A stretch of 64,000 nt of DNA from Selaginella moellendorffii (lineage: Eukaryota; Plantae; Lycopodiophyta). This document shows positions 11,294 to 23,085 of the stretch, one piece after another (position 1 is the stretch's first letter; the number at the start of each line of letters is the position of its first letter). The stretch is taken from positions 1 through 64,000 of the forward strand of contig NW_003314293.1 of NCBI RefSeq assembly GCF_000143415.4, in the 5' to 3' direction. Below the pieces are notes generated by a model. The model saw only the letters and a list, made by a program, of their open reading frames with translations, did no database searches and was not told the DNA's origin. The position numbers and the translations under genes were made by a program.

Positions 11294-14200
11294 ATGGCCT
11301 TCAGGGTTGGGGAAAAGGTTTACATTTTGAATGGTGGGAAGAGAGTTGCAAAAGGGACCCTTGTGTCTATGGATCGGAACTTTGTTATACACTGTCAAAG
11401 GCTTGGGGAAGGCAATGCTGCTGTATCAGTAGAGACTGTTTTCGATGGGAATGTGGTCGCTATTGAATGAGGAGAGATGGTCGTCGGGGTAAATGTTGTC
11501 GTTGCCTTGAAAAATCTTTAGAAGAAAGCAGATGTTGGGCACAGCACAAGTGCGACGCATGTTCCCTCCGTGGATCTTAAGAACCGTGCTACATGGATTC
11601 AGGCAAAGGTGTTTCTAAACAACCCCGAGGGGGAGGTGGTAGCTGAGGGCTTAGCCATAGTTGTCGATCCAAGAGATGCGGTTGCTAATCAAGAATTGGG
11701 TCGGGATGATATTGGAGTTGCAATTTTAGAGGTTGTTGACACAGAAGAAAATAGTCTGACTATTGGAAGCATTGTGCGCTGGAAATTGAGGCACTTAGTG
11801 TTTGAGAATGTGAAGGATTCACAATCAAACACCACTACAACTGATGACAAAACATCTCTTCATGGGAAAAGAAAGTACACCTTCCTAAAGCGCAGCCAAA
11901 GGGATCTGAGCAACGAACCAAAAAGGCAGAAAATGGCGATGGAGGTTCGAATGGTCTCGACAGTTGCTTGTTGCAAGAGAAGGTGCTGTCAACATGCTGA
12001 TTGGGATGCTATTGAAGAGGAGAGAGCAAGATACAAGACATTGTCCTGGAAGGCAGCTCGCAATTTTGTGTATGAGGCATTACGGTCATCTGTTGATGCT
12101 TCAGAACATCAGGTGGGGGGCATGGTCTTCCAGAGGGGTTTGGTCTGCATGAAGGCATGGAGAATCATTTATGGAGTCCCTCAAACCATATTCTACAAAA
12201 TCAAAACTGAGTTCGAGGAACAAAGGGTTCAACAAGCAGTCCATGGGAACGATGGTACGCACAAAACCAGGGGTCATGTTGTATATGGAGAGGCAATCTT
12301 CAAGAGGTTTGTCGAGACATGTAGTGAGCAGCAACCACATAAAACCCGCCTCTTGGAAGATGGAACACGAGACACCCAACGAGTTCTCCCTTCCATGTAT
12401 ACCAAGGGGGCCATATTGGAAGATGTGAATCGGGAACTCTAGAGTAATGGTTATAGGAAGCTGAGCCAATCTAGATTTAGTAGATTGTGGAGCAACAGGT
12501 TCAGGGATGTGAGTATAGGAAAGTACTCCAGCTTTTCAAAGTGTGACGAGTGCATTGCTATCAAAATGGCTTTGTCGAAGAATTCTTGCAGCGCTCAAGA
12601 GCGAGAGACGTTGGTTAGAAGGCGGCTTGACCACAACATCAAGCAGAGAAGCTGCAGGACTGCATATTATCATAACAGGATTCTCTCCATGGAGAGACCT
12701 GACTCTTACCTTTGCATCATCCACGACAAAATGGACCAGAAAAAGACGTGCTTACCTCAACTCAATCCTGCCCCCAAGGCAATCTCTTCATCCATGCAGC
12801 TGCCTGTGTCTCTGTTTGGCATAATCGCTTATGGGCATGGTGCCTAGAACAGTGGGAACTTCTTTGTACCTCTATGGGGTGGCGGGGGTGCAAACATGAT
12901 GATTGCGTCCCTAGCAAAACACTTAAGGTCTCTGCAAAGTGCGCAGACTGAGCTGAACGGCCAACCCTTGCATAAGGCCCTTGTCGATCGAACCCCATAC
13001 AGGGTTCAGCTGGAGGAGCAAAGGCTTGCAGTATCGCGTGGGGCCCCATGCCATCCCAGTGAATATGTTGGCCGTCAGATTGTAGGGTTATCACGTGAGG
13101 CCTCATGCCATTCTGACGAGGCTGGTCACCCGGTGAATGCACAACCTCATCCAAACGAAGCAGAATCTCAAGGAAGTTCTTGCAGCCGATGTGGCCTTCC
13201 ACCCCATCTTCTGCTCCAAACAGACAATGCTGGCAGTGAGAACAAAAACATGTACGTCTTCGCGTACTTGGCGATGCTTGTTGCCAAAGGCATATTTGAA
13301 ATGGTTACACTTGGCTTTCTCATGGTTGGGCACACTCATGAAGATGTCGATGCCATGTTCAGTCATCTGGCAGAGTCCCTCCGCCAATCCAATGTCCTCA
13401 CCCTCCCACAACTCTACGATGAATTCCAAAATTGCATCAAAGGCACTGTTGAAGCTGCACTTGTGACAGAGGTTCCAGACTTTAAGGGGTTTGTAAGAGG
13501 CTACATCAGGGACGGATCTGAAACGCTGATTGGCCACTCCAAGCCTCTTCAGTTTCATTTCAGCATGCGTGACGGTGCTCTAGTGATGAGGTACAAGATG
13601 AGAGAATGGGACACAGTGTGGCTGCCAGTGGACGGCATTGAACTCTTCAAGAGAGATCCCATAACTGGGGAACCTATGATTCCTCAGGGGTCCGCATAGC
13701 CGATGCACCCGGATGGACTCAAAGACCAGGAAAGTATAGTGGCCAAGATTAGATAGCATATTGCCTTCTGGAAGAGGGGGTTGGTGTTTGGTGGAGAATC
13801 CTATTTTAAGAGGTGCAAGCCTTTGCTCGAATACTGAGAGAAGATTATATCTGCTATCCAAAATGGGCCGGTTGTATATGAAGAATTGGAAGAGTCCTTT
13901 TGGCCAGAACCCAGAGCACCAGATAGTAGCGGAACAATGTCCTCTGGAAATGCAGTGACAGATAACGATGTTGAGGATCACTATTGTGGGCCGAGGAACA
14001 AGAAGCCGGATTCAGCATTCAATCCAGTACAGGTCTGCAAAGGAATGGTCATGCTTGTCAGACCCAGTAATAAAAAACAAATGATATGGGTGGGGCACTG
14101 CATCACTGATGCAGAGGAGGACGCGGAAACTAACTCCTTCAATGTAACTGTGGAGTGGTTCAAGCCAAGTTCCGGATATACGAAGGATTGCCTAGAAAAG

Positions 14201-14359
14201 AGATGGGTGCTGAATCCAAGGGATCCTAGCATGAGCATATTGGTGGATAATGTTGTGCATGGTTGGATGTGGAAGCAGAGTGCCACCATCACCTTGCCAG
14301 ACCATGCAAGAGATGCAGCAAGAGCATTCATAACCCGGGTTCAAGGTGAGATTCATTAA
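11294..14359 (+). pseudogene. Sola-like DDD/E transposase (~1020 codons, one frame, 7 premature stops)
   Basis: Motifs CCKRRC, KCDEC, HDKMDQKK.LP, LLLQTDNAGSENKN and FLMVGHTHEDVDAMFS. ORFs 11570, 12485, 12896 and 13886 share a frame with ATG 11294. Stops at 11468, 11519, 12440, 12845, 13697, 13754 and 13835. Superfamily assignment is from recalled motifs. Confidence 0.75.
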
Positions 14360-14682
14360 TATTCCTTTACTAAGTTTCTAATGTATTTTATTTCAAAGTG
14401 AACAATCCAAATCTGAATCAGTGGAGGCGTGATGGCATGTGGCCTTACGCTATTCCTAGGTGAGATGATACAAATAACAAGTATAAATTCTTAGTTGTTC
14501 TAGCAAATCTTACTTAAAGTTCAAGGTGAACAAGCCGAATATGAATTCATCGGATTGTTATAACAAATTACGAGGTGATGGCATGAGGCGATACGCCATT
14601 TGAGAGTGGTAGCCATTCCTATATGAGGTGAGTGAAATATTTATTAGAAATACCTCATTCAATTGTGCACTTCTAAGTCTTG

Positions 14683-15069
14683 TGTCAGGAATCCCCCAAT
14701 TCTTGCCACATTCCTGACTCTCACCGGATTCCTGACCTGCAGACCACATTCCTGACTCTCGAGACACTTCTCTATTCCTGACTCTCGAGACACTTCCCTA
14801 TTCCTGACTCTCGAGACACTTCCCGATTCCTGAGTCTCGAGCCACATTCCTGATGATGATGTGGCACCTCCTCGACCTCAGCTGTATTTAGGCTGTCCTC
14901 GATCCAAGAGTGGTGGAGCTTCATCAACCTATAGTATATATAGGTTAGCCTTGTTCCATTTCTCCACAATCTGAATCAACACCAGTCTAAGGCCTCTTCT
15001 TTGTTTTCACTAGCTTTTTCTCTTTGTCTTTAGCATTTTCCAGTCTTGATCTTGTTGGGGGTCTTGACA
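14683..15069 (+). repeat. 5' LTR
   Basis: TGTCAGGA...TCTTGACA with ~26-bp tandem units (TTCCTGACTCTCGAGACAC...) in U3 and a TATATATA box near 14935. Confidence 0.97.
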
Positions 15070-15161
15070 GTTTGATTCAGATTGTGTTTTTTTGCTTTTC
15101 TTTTAGCTTGTTTTGATTATTTGATTGCCTTTGTCTTTTCCCCCCTTTCTTTTCTTTCTTC

Positions 15162-16139
15162 TTGCCAATGGAGTCTCCAAGCCATCCTGATTTCTTTGCC
15201 GAAGTCCTTGCAAAAATCCAGTCTGAGAATACCGAGCTGAAGGCGACCCTTCTTCGCATGCAGCAGGAGCTTGCTTCACTTTCGGCTCAAGGATCCAGCA
15301 AAGTTCCTGAACCGAAGGTGAGTTTCCCGGCGAAATTTTCAGGCAAGCGTTCGGAGCTTCGTGGATTTTTGAATCAAATGGAGCTGATCTTTGCACTTCA
15401 ACATCGGCGGTACCCCACTCCCGAGTCTCAAATCGGCGCGATTGGGACGTTGCTCGAGGGTGCAGCTTTGTCATGGTTTTCTCCTCTTCTGGAGAAGAGC
15501 ATGAAAGGGGTCGTGGTTCCGGAGCTGATGGATCTTCAATTGTTCAAAGAGAAGCTCGAAGCATGTTTTGGCGAGACGGATCGGGTTCGGGCTGCTACCA
15601 CAAAGATGAGACGTCTCTCTCAGGGGTCTCGTCCTGCCTCGATCTACGCTGCAGAGTTCCAACTCCTTGCCTTGGACACTCAGTGGGATGAGCGGGCCCT
15701 GATTGACCAATTTCGTTTCGGCCTCAACAACAGTGTCAAGGATTTGTTGCTCACCATGGAGGATCCCAAGGACCTGTCGGACGCCATCAACAAAGCTGTT
15801 CGATGTGACAATCGTCTCTTTGAACGTCGTCAGGAAAGTCGCCGCGCCGCTGTTTTTCCGTCCCAGACTCAGGAATCCCAGCTTGAGTCTTCGGGGCATA
15901 GTCCTGAACCTACTGCTCCGGTCCCGATGGATATTTCTGGTACTCCCCGACTCATTAGAGGGAAGTTGAGTCCTGCTGAGAGGCAACGTCGAATATCTCA
16001 TAATCTTTGCCTCTACTGTGCTGATCCTAATCACAAAGCAGCTGTGTGTCCTAGGAAGCCTCCCCGATTGCTCGAGTTCACTCTGCCTCAAAGTCCACCA
16101 CTGTTGCAGTCGGGAAACGACCCTGTCCAAACAGAGTAG
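15162..16139 (+). CDS. gag: Gag (capsid + CCHC zinc knuckle)
   Basis: [35 protein letters not shown] and [14 protein letters not shown]. Confidence 0.95.
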   Translation: MPMESPSHPDFFAEVLAKIQSENTELKATLLRMQQELASLSAQGSSKVPEPKVSFPAKFSGKRSELRGFLNQMELIFALQHRRYPTPESQIGAIGTLLEGAALSWFSPLLEKSMKGVVVPELMDLQLFKEKLEACFGETDRVRAATTKMRRLSQGSRPASIYAAEFQLLALDTQWDERALIDQFRFGLNNSVKDLLLTMEDPKDLSDAINKAVRCDNRLFERRQESRRAAVFPSQTQESQLESSGHSPEPTAPVPMDISGTPRLIRGKLSPAERQRRISHNLCLYCADPNHKAAVCPRKPPRLLEFTLPQSPPLLQSGNDPVQTE

Positions 16140-18943
16140 GAGCTGTCTGTTTGGACTCCCCAAATAAAAATCACTTTTCTTCCTTATCAAGCTCCTCACC
16201 ACCTTTCATCAAAGCCACCACCAATTCCCGCAACTTCCGCGTCCCATGTCTCCTTTCTTTCACCGGACAATCAGGACTCAAGGCTTTGGCGCTACTGGAC
16301 TCGGGTGCAACTTCCTGCTTCATGGACACGGACTTTGCTGCCCGACATCACGTTCCTCTTTCTCCTACCATACGGGATCTGAGGGTTGAAGGCATCGGCG
16401 GGCATTTTGTGTCTCCATCTTCTGGACTTAGGGAAACGTTGCCCGTTCGAGTACACATCGGGTCCACCGTCACCGATATCGCCTTCAACATCATCAACAG
16501 CAAGTCTTCCTCTGTGGTGCTCGGTCTTCCTTGGTTCCAACTACATCAGCCTCAGATTTGTTGGAAGGACTTACAGCTCATCTCTCCCACATCACCATCT
16601 CCCACGGCTTCCCCTGGTGTTCATCGAGTCCGAATCAGGAAAAGTTCCCTAAACTCAAGTCGGGGTTCTATTCCTGACTCTACGCAGTTTTCATCCTCTT
16701 CTTTTTTCTCTCTTCCATATTACACTGGACAGTATCCTCGTCTCATCATTCCATTTAGTCGTACTCCTCCTCCTATCTCCACAATCACTATGAAAGAACT
16801 CCTTCATGAAGAACCTCTTTTTCTTTTTGCTTTGCATGTTTCTCCTGTCAGTCTTCCTGAGAAGTATCATGATTTTGGGGATGTGTTTGACAAGAAAAAA
16901 TCTAGTGTACTGCCTGTTCATCGGCCTTATGATTGTCCCATTGATTTACAGGAAGGAGCGTCACCTCCGTGGGGGCCTATCTACGGGTTATCCCCGTCCG
17001 AGCTTAAGGCCCTCAAAGAGTACGTGGATGAGAACCTTGCCTCGGGCTACATTCAGCATTCGCAGTCCCCGGCTGGAGCACCTGTCTTCTTTGTCAAGAA
17101 GAAGGATGGGAGCTTGCGGCTAGTCATCGACTACCGAGGTTTCAGTAAGGTGACTGTTCGGAACCGTTATCCACTGCCCCTGATCTCGGACCTGTTGGAA
17201 CGCCTCGGCGGTGCCCGCTTCTTCACCAAGATCGACCTCCGTGGAGCATACAACCTGATCCGGATCCGGCCTGGTGATGAATGGAAGACTGCGTTCCGAA
17301 CCCGCTATGGCCACTTCGAGTACACTGTCATGGCATTTGGCTTGACAAATGCTCCAGCGGTTTTCCAACACATGGCGAACGACGTTTTTCGGGAGTTTCT
17401 TGATCAGATGGTGATCGTCTACCTCGATGACATCCTCATCGACATTTTTCCCCATCTTCAGGCTGGACACCCAGTGACTCCCGACTGCCGGCGATTTGAC
17501 GAGTTCAAGTTCTTAGATGGCTTATTGTACCGTGGGATGCAGCTTTACGTTCCTGAAGGTGATGCTCGAAGGTTGATCCTGATGGCGTGCCACGATAGCC
17601 CGACTGCTGGTCACTTCGGCATTGCGAAAACCTATGAGCTAGTTGCACGGGACTTTTGGTGGCCTCACATGGACGACTACATCAAAGCTTTTGTTACCTC
17701 CTGTGACACTTGTGCCCGGAATAAGGTACCTCGCCACCTTCCTTCAGGTTTGCTTCGTTCCCTTCCAGTCCCTTCAGGTCCTTGGGAATCCATCTCCATG
17801 GATTTCTTGAGTGATCTTCCGAGTTCTGGAGGCTTCAACAGCATTTTAGTCGTGGTGGATCGCTTCACAAAGATGGCGCACTTCTTGCCATGTACCAAGG
17901 AGTTTTCGGGCGAGGACATGGCAAAACTGGTATTCAGGGAAATTTTCCGACTTCATGGGATTCCTACAGATGTGGTTTCGGATCGGGGGCCTCAATTCAT
18001 CTCTCATTTCTGGCAACGGTTTTTGCAGTTGCTTGGAGTGAAGGCCAACCTCTCTTCGGCATATCATCCTCAAACTGATGGGCAGTCCGAGCGAACGATT
18101 CAGACATTGGAACAATTCTTGAGGTGCTTCATCAACTATCATCAGGATAACTGGTTCGATATCCTTCCCCTTGCTGAGTTCTCCTATAACAACTCTGTTC
18201 ACTCCTCTCTTCGAGTTTCCCCCTTCTTTGCGAACTCTGGCCGAAATCCCCGATTCAATCTCTCACTTCCTTCTCCATCTGAATCCTCTCGTTCAAATCC
18301 CCGCTCTGAATCATTTCTCTCCAACCTTCAGGAAATCCACAACTCCATCTCCTTCCACCTCCATCGTGCTCAGGAATCTCATAAAACATTTGCCAATGTC
18401 CATCGTCAGGATTGTCCCCCTTACAATATCGGGGATAAAGTCTGGCTCCTCAGGCGAAATATCTCCACCACCAGGCCCTGTCCAAAACTCGATTTCAAAC
18501 GCCTTGGTCCTTTCCCTATCACTGCCATCATTAATCCTGTCACTTATCGCCTTGCACTTCCCTCCTCATATAAAATTCACCCCGTTTTTCACTCCTCTCT
18601 CCTTGAGCCTTATATTCCCAGTCCTATTCCAAATCGGGTCATTCCTCCGCCTCCACCAGTGCAGCTCGAGGATGGGTCTGAGTACGAGGTTCAGGACATC
18701 CTTGATTCCAAGATTTCACGATCTAAACTCTACTATCTGGTGGACTGGAAGGGTTACGGACCTGAGGAACGCACTTGGGAACTTGCGGACAACCTGATTC
18801 ATTCTCCTGACCTTGTTCAGGACTTCCACCGCCGCTATCCTTCTCGTCCCAGTCCTCATTCTTTTTCTCCATCTCCCATCCCTCGCCGCTCATCTCATCC
18901 TCCTCTTCGTTCTTGTTCACATCCTCGTTCCACTCGTTCTTGA
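16112..18943 (+). CDS. pol: Pol (PR, truncated RT, integrase, chromodomain) via -1 frameshift; RNase H missing
   Basis: ALLDSGA protease. RT runs to YLDDILI and then joins directly to pre-integrase sequence. HHCC, D,D35E and GPF motifs present; chromodomain [10 protein letters not shown]...[17 protein letters not shown]. Confidence 0.93.
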   Translation, partial: GKRPCPNRVGAVCLDSPNKNHFSSLSSSSPPFIKATTNSRNFRVPCLLSFTGQSGLKALALLDSGATSCFMDTDFAARHHVPLSPTIRDLRVEGIGGHFVSPSSGLRETLPVRVHIGSTVTDIAFNIINSKSSSVVLGLPWFQLHQPQICWKDLQLISPTSPSPTASPGVHRVRIRKSSLNSSRGSIPDSTQFSSSSFFSLPYYTGQYPRLIIPFSRTPPPISTITMKELLHEEPLFLFALHVSPVSLPEKYHDFGDVFDKKKSSVLPVHRPYDCPIDLQEGASPPWGPIYGLSPSELKALKEYVDENLASGYIQHSQSPAGAPVFFVKKKDGSLRLVIDYRGFSKVTVRNRYPLPLISDLLERLGGARFFTKIDLRGAYNLIRIRPGDEWKTAFRTRYGHFEYTVMAFGLTNAPAVFQHMANDVFREFLDQMVIVYLDDILIDIFPHLQAGHPVTPDCRRFDEFKFLDGLLYRGMQLYVPEGDARRLILMACHDSPTAGHFGIAKTYELVARDFWWPHMDDYIKAFVTSCDTCARNKVPRHLPSGLLRSLPVPSGPWESISMDFLSDLPSSGGFNSILVVVDRFTKMAHFLPCTKEFSGEDMAKLVFREIFRLHGIPTDVVSDRGPQFISHFWQRFLQLLGVKANLSSAYHPQTDGQSERTIQTLEQFLRCFINYHQDNWFDILPLAEFSYNNSVHSSLRVSPFFANSGRNPRFNLSLPSPSESSRSNPRSESFLSNLQEIHNSISFHLHRAQESHKTFANVHRQDCPPYNIGDKVWLLRRNISTTRPCPKLDFKRLGPFPITAIINPVTYRLALPSSYKIHPVFHSSLLEPYIPSPIPNRVIPPPPPVQLEDGSEYEVQDILDSKISRSKLYYLVDWKGYGPEERTWELADNLIHSPDLVQDFHRRYPSRPSPHSFSPSPIPRRSSHPPLRSCSHPRSTRS

Positions 18944-18954
18944 GGAGGGGGTGC

Positions 18955-19341
18955 TGTCAGGAATCCCCCAATTCTTGCCACATTCCTGACTCTCGCCGGA
19001 TTCCTGACCTGCAGACCACATTCCTGACTCTCGAGACACTTCTCTATTCCTGACTCTCGAGACACTTCCCTATTCCTGACTCTCGAGACACTTCCCGATT
19101 CCTGAGTCTCGAGCCACATTCCTGATGATGATGTGGCGCCTCCTTGACCTCAGCTGTATTTAGGCTGTCCTCGATCCAAGAGTGGTGGAGCTTCATCAAC
19201 CTATAGTATATATAGGTTAGCCTTGTTCCATTTCTCCACAATCTGAATCAACACCAGTCTAAGGCCTCTTCTTTGTTTTCACTAGCTTTTTCTCTTTGTC
19301 TTTAGCATTTTCCAGTCTTGATCTTGTTGGGGGTCTTGACA
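18955..19341 (+). repeat. 3' LTR
   Basis: Direct repeat of 14683-15069. Confidence 0.97.
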
Positions 19342-22300
19342 TCTTGGTCCACTCAGTATTGTTTGCATGTTTCTATTTTAATTCTTTCTCTAAAATGTTA
19401 TTTAGCATGTGGCTTCATGCCATTGCTCTCCACAATCATGCATTGAATTTTTCTATCCTTGCATAATACTTCTCCATATATATAGCATGTGCGCACATGT
19501 GATATGGTTCATTAGGCCTGATATAGTGTGTGAGGTAAAACAAAGATGATGTGACATATGCATTTACCAATCACACGTGCATAAATCTAATAATATGGCG
19601 TGTGGCCCATATTAATGGCACATAAACCCATATTGTGGGCTTACGTGTTTTATGTACCATCATTCCCTTGCAGCGTGTGTGTTGGTTTCCTTTTATAACA
19701 CAACGAACTCCATATTTTAGGGTGAAGAGCGTTCTCATGGCAAGCACAAAATCTGTAAGTGAGGCAGAAAAGGAGACGGAGAAGGAGATAGGTGAAGATG
19801 TAGAATATATAAGTCTTCCAAACTCCCCGTACTATACTCCAGGTCATCATTTTTCTGAACAAACGGCAATATTAACAACTATCGAGAACGCCCCAGTAAC
19901 ATCAAAGACAACAATCCAAAGCAAAACAACTGACCCGGAGAAGGATGATAGTACCGCTGAGAGTACCAAAAAGGAGGTGTCCACTAGCGCTTAGGCTTAT
20001 AATGGCGTGTGCCCTCATGCCATTTACTTGATCACCAAATACCTTTTTCCCTTTGCACTAGTATATCTTAATACCGGTCTGAGAAATAGAATGGCATGTG
20101 CCCTCAGGCCTTTTACTAAATCACCTTTGAAAGAAATGCAAGCCTCTATGTCGTAAAAAAAAGGTACTAGAGAAATTCCTTAATAATATGAATGCTATTT
20201 AGTTTCATGAAAATACACTAAGGGTCAAATGAGTTAAATGACTTCTCCAGACTAGCAATGCCTCTTGCTACACCTTCACAATTAGATTCGTTAGAAAAAG
20301 ATAACATTGAATGATATCTAAATGTTCTCACCATTAAGTTATATGTCTGGCTAATAGGAATGATGTTCATCTTGGAAAGCTCACCACACACTCAATGAAC
20401 AAACAAATAGTGTGTGCCCGCATGCCATCGCTCTTCTTTAGCTTCAGATTCGACTTGTTCACCTTGACAATGAGATTTATTATACAACCAGATGGACTCA
20501 GTCTGGACACAAAGTCACCGCGCTAGTCACCATGCCCTAGATATGTCTAGCCCCTGGACAAAAAACATATAATTTTACGTCATTTTCAAATACTTGAAAA
20601 TTTGTACCTAGTCCCATTTTACTGAATAAATCCCACTTTAACGAAATAGAGCTTGTTGGTTATACTGCTTGGTAGGTTTGAAACTTCAGATATATGATAT
20701 CGATGTTATTAATTACCCAAAGAGTTTTATAGCTAATGCTGATGCCCTTTCATGAGCTCCTCTTCCTTCTTCATTCTTTTCTCATGTTTCTAACGAGCCT
20801 ATAGTTCTAACATTTGTGATTTTTTTAATGAGGATTTGGCAAATGTTGTATTTGATATTCAATGTCCACAAGATGCAAAGCAAGATTTACTTCCCTTGAT
20901 GAGGTTTGTAACACTTAAAAGATTGAGCCATAGATTCAAAGGTTTTATGATAGGTTTAAAATTTTTGCATCATTTGTTGATGATTTGCCATTTTGGCATT
21001 TACATTTTCAATAATACTTTAAGGACAACCTTCTTTATTTTATGGGTATAAATCTTGATGATTATTTATAGCTGGTGTTGCCTTTAATGTTTATTCCACA
21101 CTTTCTCCATGCCTACATGATTCTCTTATTCTAGGCAGACATATAGGATATCATCAGAAAACTGAAAAGATACATAAGTCTTTTGATTAGTCGAAGATAT
21201 GATGTGATGTGATCCAATATGTGCATAGTTGTGTTTAGTGCTAAACTTACTCCCCTTCGTGCTATAGAAGTTTCTTATCCATTTGAGTTTGGTATTTGAT
21301 TTGATAAAGCCTTTTCCACAATCAACTATTAGTAATAAGCTTGATTACTTGATTTGTAGCTAGAAGTCAATGCTTTTGCTAGTGCATTAGCAATTGTTGT
21401 TAGGTACTTCTTCCTCAATTAAGGGTTTTTTTTAACATTCTTGTCTGAAGTGGATTCTCTCAAATAATAGTCTTGTATTTATAGTGAAAGCATTTCACAT
21501 TTTAATATCTTTGGCTGGGGATACACTATATTTTCATAAGTGCTTATCATCCACAAATAGAGGGCTTGGTGTAAGTTACAAATTTTTCCTTTCCAATTTG
21601 CCAACTTACCTCATTTATCCAATCGACACTTCCTTGGATTTAGTTAAGTTCCCTCACCAAGGTTCCCGCCTATGGTACTAGCTTCTACTTGGTTTCAGCT
21701 ACTCACTGCACGAGCAACAATGTGTTAGCCATCCATCCACAAATTCCCAAATCTCTCTCAATCCCCCTCCCCGGGTTAGACTAGACTTAAGGTTTGGCTA
21801 CACTCCTCATAGGCATAGGTAGCCAAGCCCACCAAGCCTCTAGATTTCTAACATCCTTTAGTACCACAAGACTTGATCGTGGGACCCTCTAAATCCTAAG
21901 CCTTAGGTGCAACACTTGCTCTAGGACGTAGGAGAGGGAAACACCATAGCCTAACAACCCAATATAGGTACCCTTACTCCCCCACCTCGATCCCAAAGGG
22001 AAGGCCCAAGCCCCTAGGTAGGGTGAGGACCAATGAGCCACATGGTACTCAAGTGGGGCACTACTCCACATGAGCCAGGAGCACCACAGTCGGTTTCCCT
22101 TTTAGGAGTGGGAGCTGCTCTTGAGCACTTCCTAAGGTGGCACTTCTAGCACCACCCAAGTCCAAGCTCACTCCCACCCAAGGCCCCTTGGCCCTAGTCT
22201 CAACCTCAAGTCAGTTTGGAAGCATTATTGGAGAGTTCCTTCAAGACTAGTTCCTAGACTTCATTATCCCTACTATACTTTTGGAACCCCCTACATGTGA

Positions 22301-22524
22301 GACACAAAATCCCTAGGCCCCAAAGTGGAGCCGGAAGGGCGCCACATGGTAGTGGTCGAAGCGAGAGCCAAACGAGCGTAACACGTTTGGACCAAAAGCT
22401 CCGACTTGAAAAGTCAAGAGCGGGAGTGGAACTCCCAATGAAGTGCTCCAGGAACGAGCACGAAGCGAGCAAAAGGCAAGGCTCCAAAAAGGGACCCAAA
22501 AGGACCAACACATGACACGTGGGA

Positions 22525-22934
22525 GTGTCCGAGATGGAGTCCGAAGTGGAGTCCGAGGTGGACCCGAGTTGGAGTCCGAAGTGGAGTCCGAGATGGACCC
22601 GAGATGGACCCGAAATGGAGTCCGAAATGGAGTCCGAGATGGACCCGAGATGGACCCGAGATGGAGTCCGAGATAGAGTCCGAGATGGAGTCCGAGATGG
22701 ACCCGAGATGGAGTCTGAGATGGAGTCCGAGATGGACCCGAGATGGACCCGAAATGGAGTCCGAGATGGAGTCCGAGATGGACCCGAAATGGAGTCCGAG
22801 ATGGAGTCCGAGATGGACCCGAGATGGAGTCCGAGATGGAGTCCGAGATGGACCCGAGATGGACCCGAGATGGAGTCCGAGATGGAGTCCGAGATGGAGT
22901 CCGAGATGGAGTCCAAAGTCGAGACCGAGACCGG

Positions 22935-22978
<44 letters not shown>

Positions 22979-23085
22979 TCGGGACCGAGACCGAAACCGA
23001 GGCCGAGGCCGAGACTGAGCCCGAGCCCGAGTCCGAGTCCGAATTCAAATCCGAGTCCGAGTCCGAGTCCGAGTCCGAGTCCGGA
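22525..23085 (+). repeat. LTR-internal minisatellite (GAGATGGAGTCC / GAGATGGACCC units, then GAGACC / GAGTCC hexamers)
   Basis: Directly visible tandem array; the source of the spurious low-complexity ORFs here. Confidence 0.95.

Larger units (their letters stand above)
14683..19341 (+). mobile_element. Ty3/Gypsy chromovirus (Tf1/sushi/Tcn1-type), young, with RT-RNase H deletion
   Basis: 387-bp TG...CA LTRs at 14683-15069 and 18955-19341 with 3 differences seen. TSD TCTTG (14678-14682 / 19342-19346), PPT 18942-18954, gag and pol ORFs. Confidence 0.97.
3229..20428. repeat. Dispersed 22-bp palindrome family ATGGCRTG-W-GGCC-W-CAYGCCAT (~25 copies)
   Basis: Copies start at 3229, 3306, 3366, 4643, 6621, 7898, 7958, 8035, 9399, 9478, 10335, 10407, 11022, 11120, 11190, 13033, 13090, 14432, 14578, 19402, 19482, 19595 (half), 20002, 20091 and 20407. 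Confidence 0.92.
5670..20430. mobile_element. Putative large DNA transposon: ParB-like gene (-) divergent from a Sola-like transposase (+); ends not defined
   Basis: The two genes co-occur and the palindrome family is confined to this interval and its duplicated arm. The palindromes skip the inserted LTR element. No TIR or TSD found. Confidence 0.5.

Noticed and set aside
11468-13837. In-frame TAG stops as recoding, readthrough or RNA editing
   Set aside because: Neighbouring genes use TAG as a normal stop, TGA stops also occur, and methylation-driven C>T decay is a sufficient explanation.
19635-19994. 119-aa acidic/Thr-rich ORF within the palindrome-bearing region
   Set aside because: Might be part of a third element gene, but it is low complexity with no motif.
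3229-20428. Palindromic repeats as a CRISPR-like array
   Set aside because: Spacing is irregular (tens to thousands of bp), copies are degenerate, there are no cas genes and the context is eukaryotic.
20480-20580. Small hairpins (CCAGA..TCTGG, CTAGA..TCTAG) as the right terminus of the large element
   Set aside because: No matching left end or TSD is visible; the other end probably lies in or beyond the gap.
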